From assembly GCA_050125095.1 (NCBI GenBank), contig JASFEA010000024.1:1-27150 (forward strand): 27,150 bases of DNA, in the 5' to 3' direction. Under the pieces are notes generated by a model, which was not told the origin of the DNA, ran no database searches, and saw only the letters and a list, made by a program, of their open reading frames with translations. The DNA is from a bacterium. GTDB lineage: Bacteria > Arandabacterota > Arandabacteria > Arandabacterales > JALGWA01. Position 1 is the stretch's first letter. Each line of letters starts with the position of its first letter. Positions 25,742 through 27,150 of the stretch are shown here, piece after piece. Both the position numbers and the translations under genes were made by a program.

Positions 25742-27148
25742 CTACTTCACGAGGACGATGCGAATCGTCTCCACCTCGTTGCCGTATATCATGCGGGCGA
25801 AATACACTCCGGAGGCCACGCTGGCACCCCTCGAATCGGCCCCGTCCCACGTGGCGACGTGCTCACCCGCCGCAGCGTGTGCGTCCACAAGCACTCTTGC
25901 CGAGCGGCCGAGGACATCATGAATGGTTATATGCACCCTGCCGGGCAGGGGAATCGAGTAGCGGATATTCACCCCGCTCGCCGGCTGGCCCCCCCCTTCG
26001 GTCTCGCCGAGGAGCTCGAGGGCCGGCCCCGCACCGGGCCGCGCGGGTTTCATTCCCGGTGGCATGACCTCCTGCGTCTTGTGCTCGCCGAGACCGCAGC
26101 CGATGTCAAGCGCCCCGACCAGGCAGGACAGCTGACGCCTGGCGCAGGGTGAAGTGGGCTGCAGGGAATAGACGCCCGCCGCGGGATCGCAGAGGCGCGG
26201 GTCCAGTGAGAAGTTGTCGCCGCCATTGGTGCCGCATATGGCGTCGCCACCGGCATTGCCGTACACATCTGTCGATGAGATGGTGGGATTGGCTCCGGTC
26301 ACGCAATAGACGCCTCTGCCCGAGGCCGTGTTCGCCACTACGGAGGCAGTTACGCTTCCGGCGCTGGTCGCGTCGTAGAAGAGGCCGCCCGCGCCGGTGT
26401 TGCCGTATATGGTGCAATTCTCAATGGCCGGCGACGAACTGATGCTGCTGATGCCGCCGCCCGCGCCCAGGGAGTTGCCTACGATTATGCAATTGGCGAT
26501 CGTCGGCGACGAGGAGTTCATGAATATACCGCCGCCGGTGCCGGGGCCCTGGGCGCCCTTGATCGTGAAGCCGTCGATGCGCGTGGCGCCCCCCACGCCG
26601 GTCAATGTGAACACGGACGAGTGGACGCCCTGGGCGTCGATCACCGTGCCCGCCGGGCCGGCCTCGCTGAGGATATGGAGGTTCTTGTTGACCGTGAGCC
26701 CGCCCTCATTGTACGTGCCGGGCTCGACCAGGACGGTGTCGCCGGCCGCCGCCGAGTCCAGGGCGGCATCTATGGTTGGGGCGTCCGTGGGCACGCGCCA
26801 TGTGCGGTTCTCGGTATTTACCGTCGCCCGGACCCTCACGCCCGTATCGCAGTTCTCGCAACCGCCCACCGACTTGATGTCGGTCCAGCTGCTTCCGCTG
26901 GAGCTTATATAGCAGGAATTGGAGGTCGGCGTGCCGTACGAGTCGATGGCGATCGGGTAGGTGTAGGTGAAATTGGTGAGCTTGACGACAGCGTATATAT
27001 CGTCGCCCGCCGATACCGAAAGGGGCGTCGTGAGCTCCACGGATATGTATCCATGTTCATCACGACCGTGGTTGAGTTCGCTCGCCAGGAGGTTGGACAG
27101 CGACGTCCCGTTGAAGTCATCATATATGTAGACGTCAACGTCCGAGGT
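25742..27148 (-). CDS. C-terminal part of a large secreted protein: lectin-like domain, right-handed parallel beta-helix, and FlgD-Ig (T9SS-like) C-terminal domain
   Basis: Frame is open to the window edge (TSDVDVYIYDDF..GYISVELTTPL..), so the GTG at 27040 is internal. 'VPTDAPTIDAALD..GDTVLVEPGTY', 'IDGFTI..GGGI..SSPTIANC' beta-helix; CTD 'IRYSI..I.DVLGR..R.LVD..WDG.D..G..VASGVYFARM..IVLVK'. Confidence 0.85.
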   Translation of the reverse strand, partial: TSDVDVYIYDDFNGTSLSNLLASELNHGRDEHGYISVELTTPLSVSAGDDIYAVVKLTNFTYTYPIAIDSYGTPTSNSCYISSSGSSWTDIKSVGGCENCDTGVRVRATVNTENRTWRVPTDAPTIDAALDSAAAGDTVLVEPGTYNEGGLTVNKNLHILSEAGPAGTVIDAQGVHSSVFTLTGVGGATRIDGFTIKGAQGPGTGGGIFMNSSSPTIANCIIVGNSLGAGGGISSISSSPAIENCTIYGNTGAGGLFYDATSAGSVTASVVANTASGRGVYCVTGANPTISSTDVYGNAGGDAICGTNGGDNFSLDPRLCDPAAGVYSLQPTSPCARRQLSCLVGALDIGCGLGEHKTQEVMPPGMKPARPGAGPALELLGETEGGGQPASGVNIRYSIPLPGRVHITIHDVLGRSARVLVDAHAAAGEHVATWDGADSRGASVASGVYFARMIYGNEVETIRIVLVK

Positions 27149-27150
27149 CG

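Noticed and set aside
27038-27040. GTG start of the last ORF as given in the ORF track
   Set aside because: The frame stays open to the window edge and there is no signal peptide at this point, so the gene is 5'-truncated.
1-27150. CRISPR arrays, tRNA/rRNA, IS elements, prophage or defence genes
   Set aside because: All intergenic gaps are under about 150 nt and show no spaced direct repeats, cloverleafs or terminal inverted repeats; no transposase, integrase or nuclease motifs were recognised.

Overview
GC-rich (~60-65% by eye) bacterial chromosomal window from a probable anaerobe with an outer membrane. An FCB-superphylum relative such as the Eisenbacteria/Krumholzibacteriota type is inferred from the PorV-like, FlgD-Ig and 'TWGGIKAMFR' proteins. 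Left to right: a [NiFe]-hydrogenase maturation operon (mvhD, protease, hypA, hypB, hypF, hypC, hypD, minus strand); a TlpA; a multi-FlgD/Ig secreted protein coupled to a PorV-like barrel and a PflX-like radical SAM; a two-gene GAF + GAF/PAS/HisKA sensor pair with no kinase catalytic domain behind a sigma28-like promoter; a K+-dependent (probably Na+) membrane pyrophosphatase; an orphan xanthine-dehydrogenase-family Mo subunit; a lipoprotein and trxA; an aldo/keto reductase, tRNA thiolase-like and CCA-like/HD operon; a small secreted protein with a short C-terminal 'TWGGIK' tag; a DAACS symporter; a CBM9-like/DUF5916 barrel; and a partial lectin-like/beta-helix/FlgD-CTD protein. No rRNA, tRNA, CRISPR or mobile element was seen. 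Best leads: (1) the catalytically incomplete split sensor pair, (2) a T9SS-like export system with two kinds of C-terminal sorting signal, (3) a CCA-enzyme homolog with a degenerate polymerase active site but an intact HD domain.
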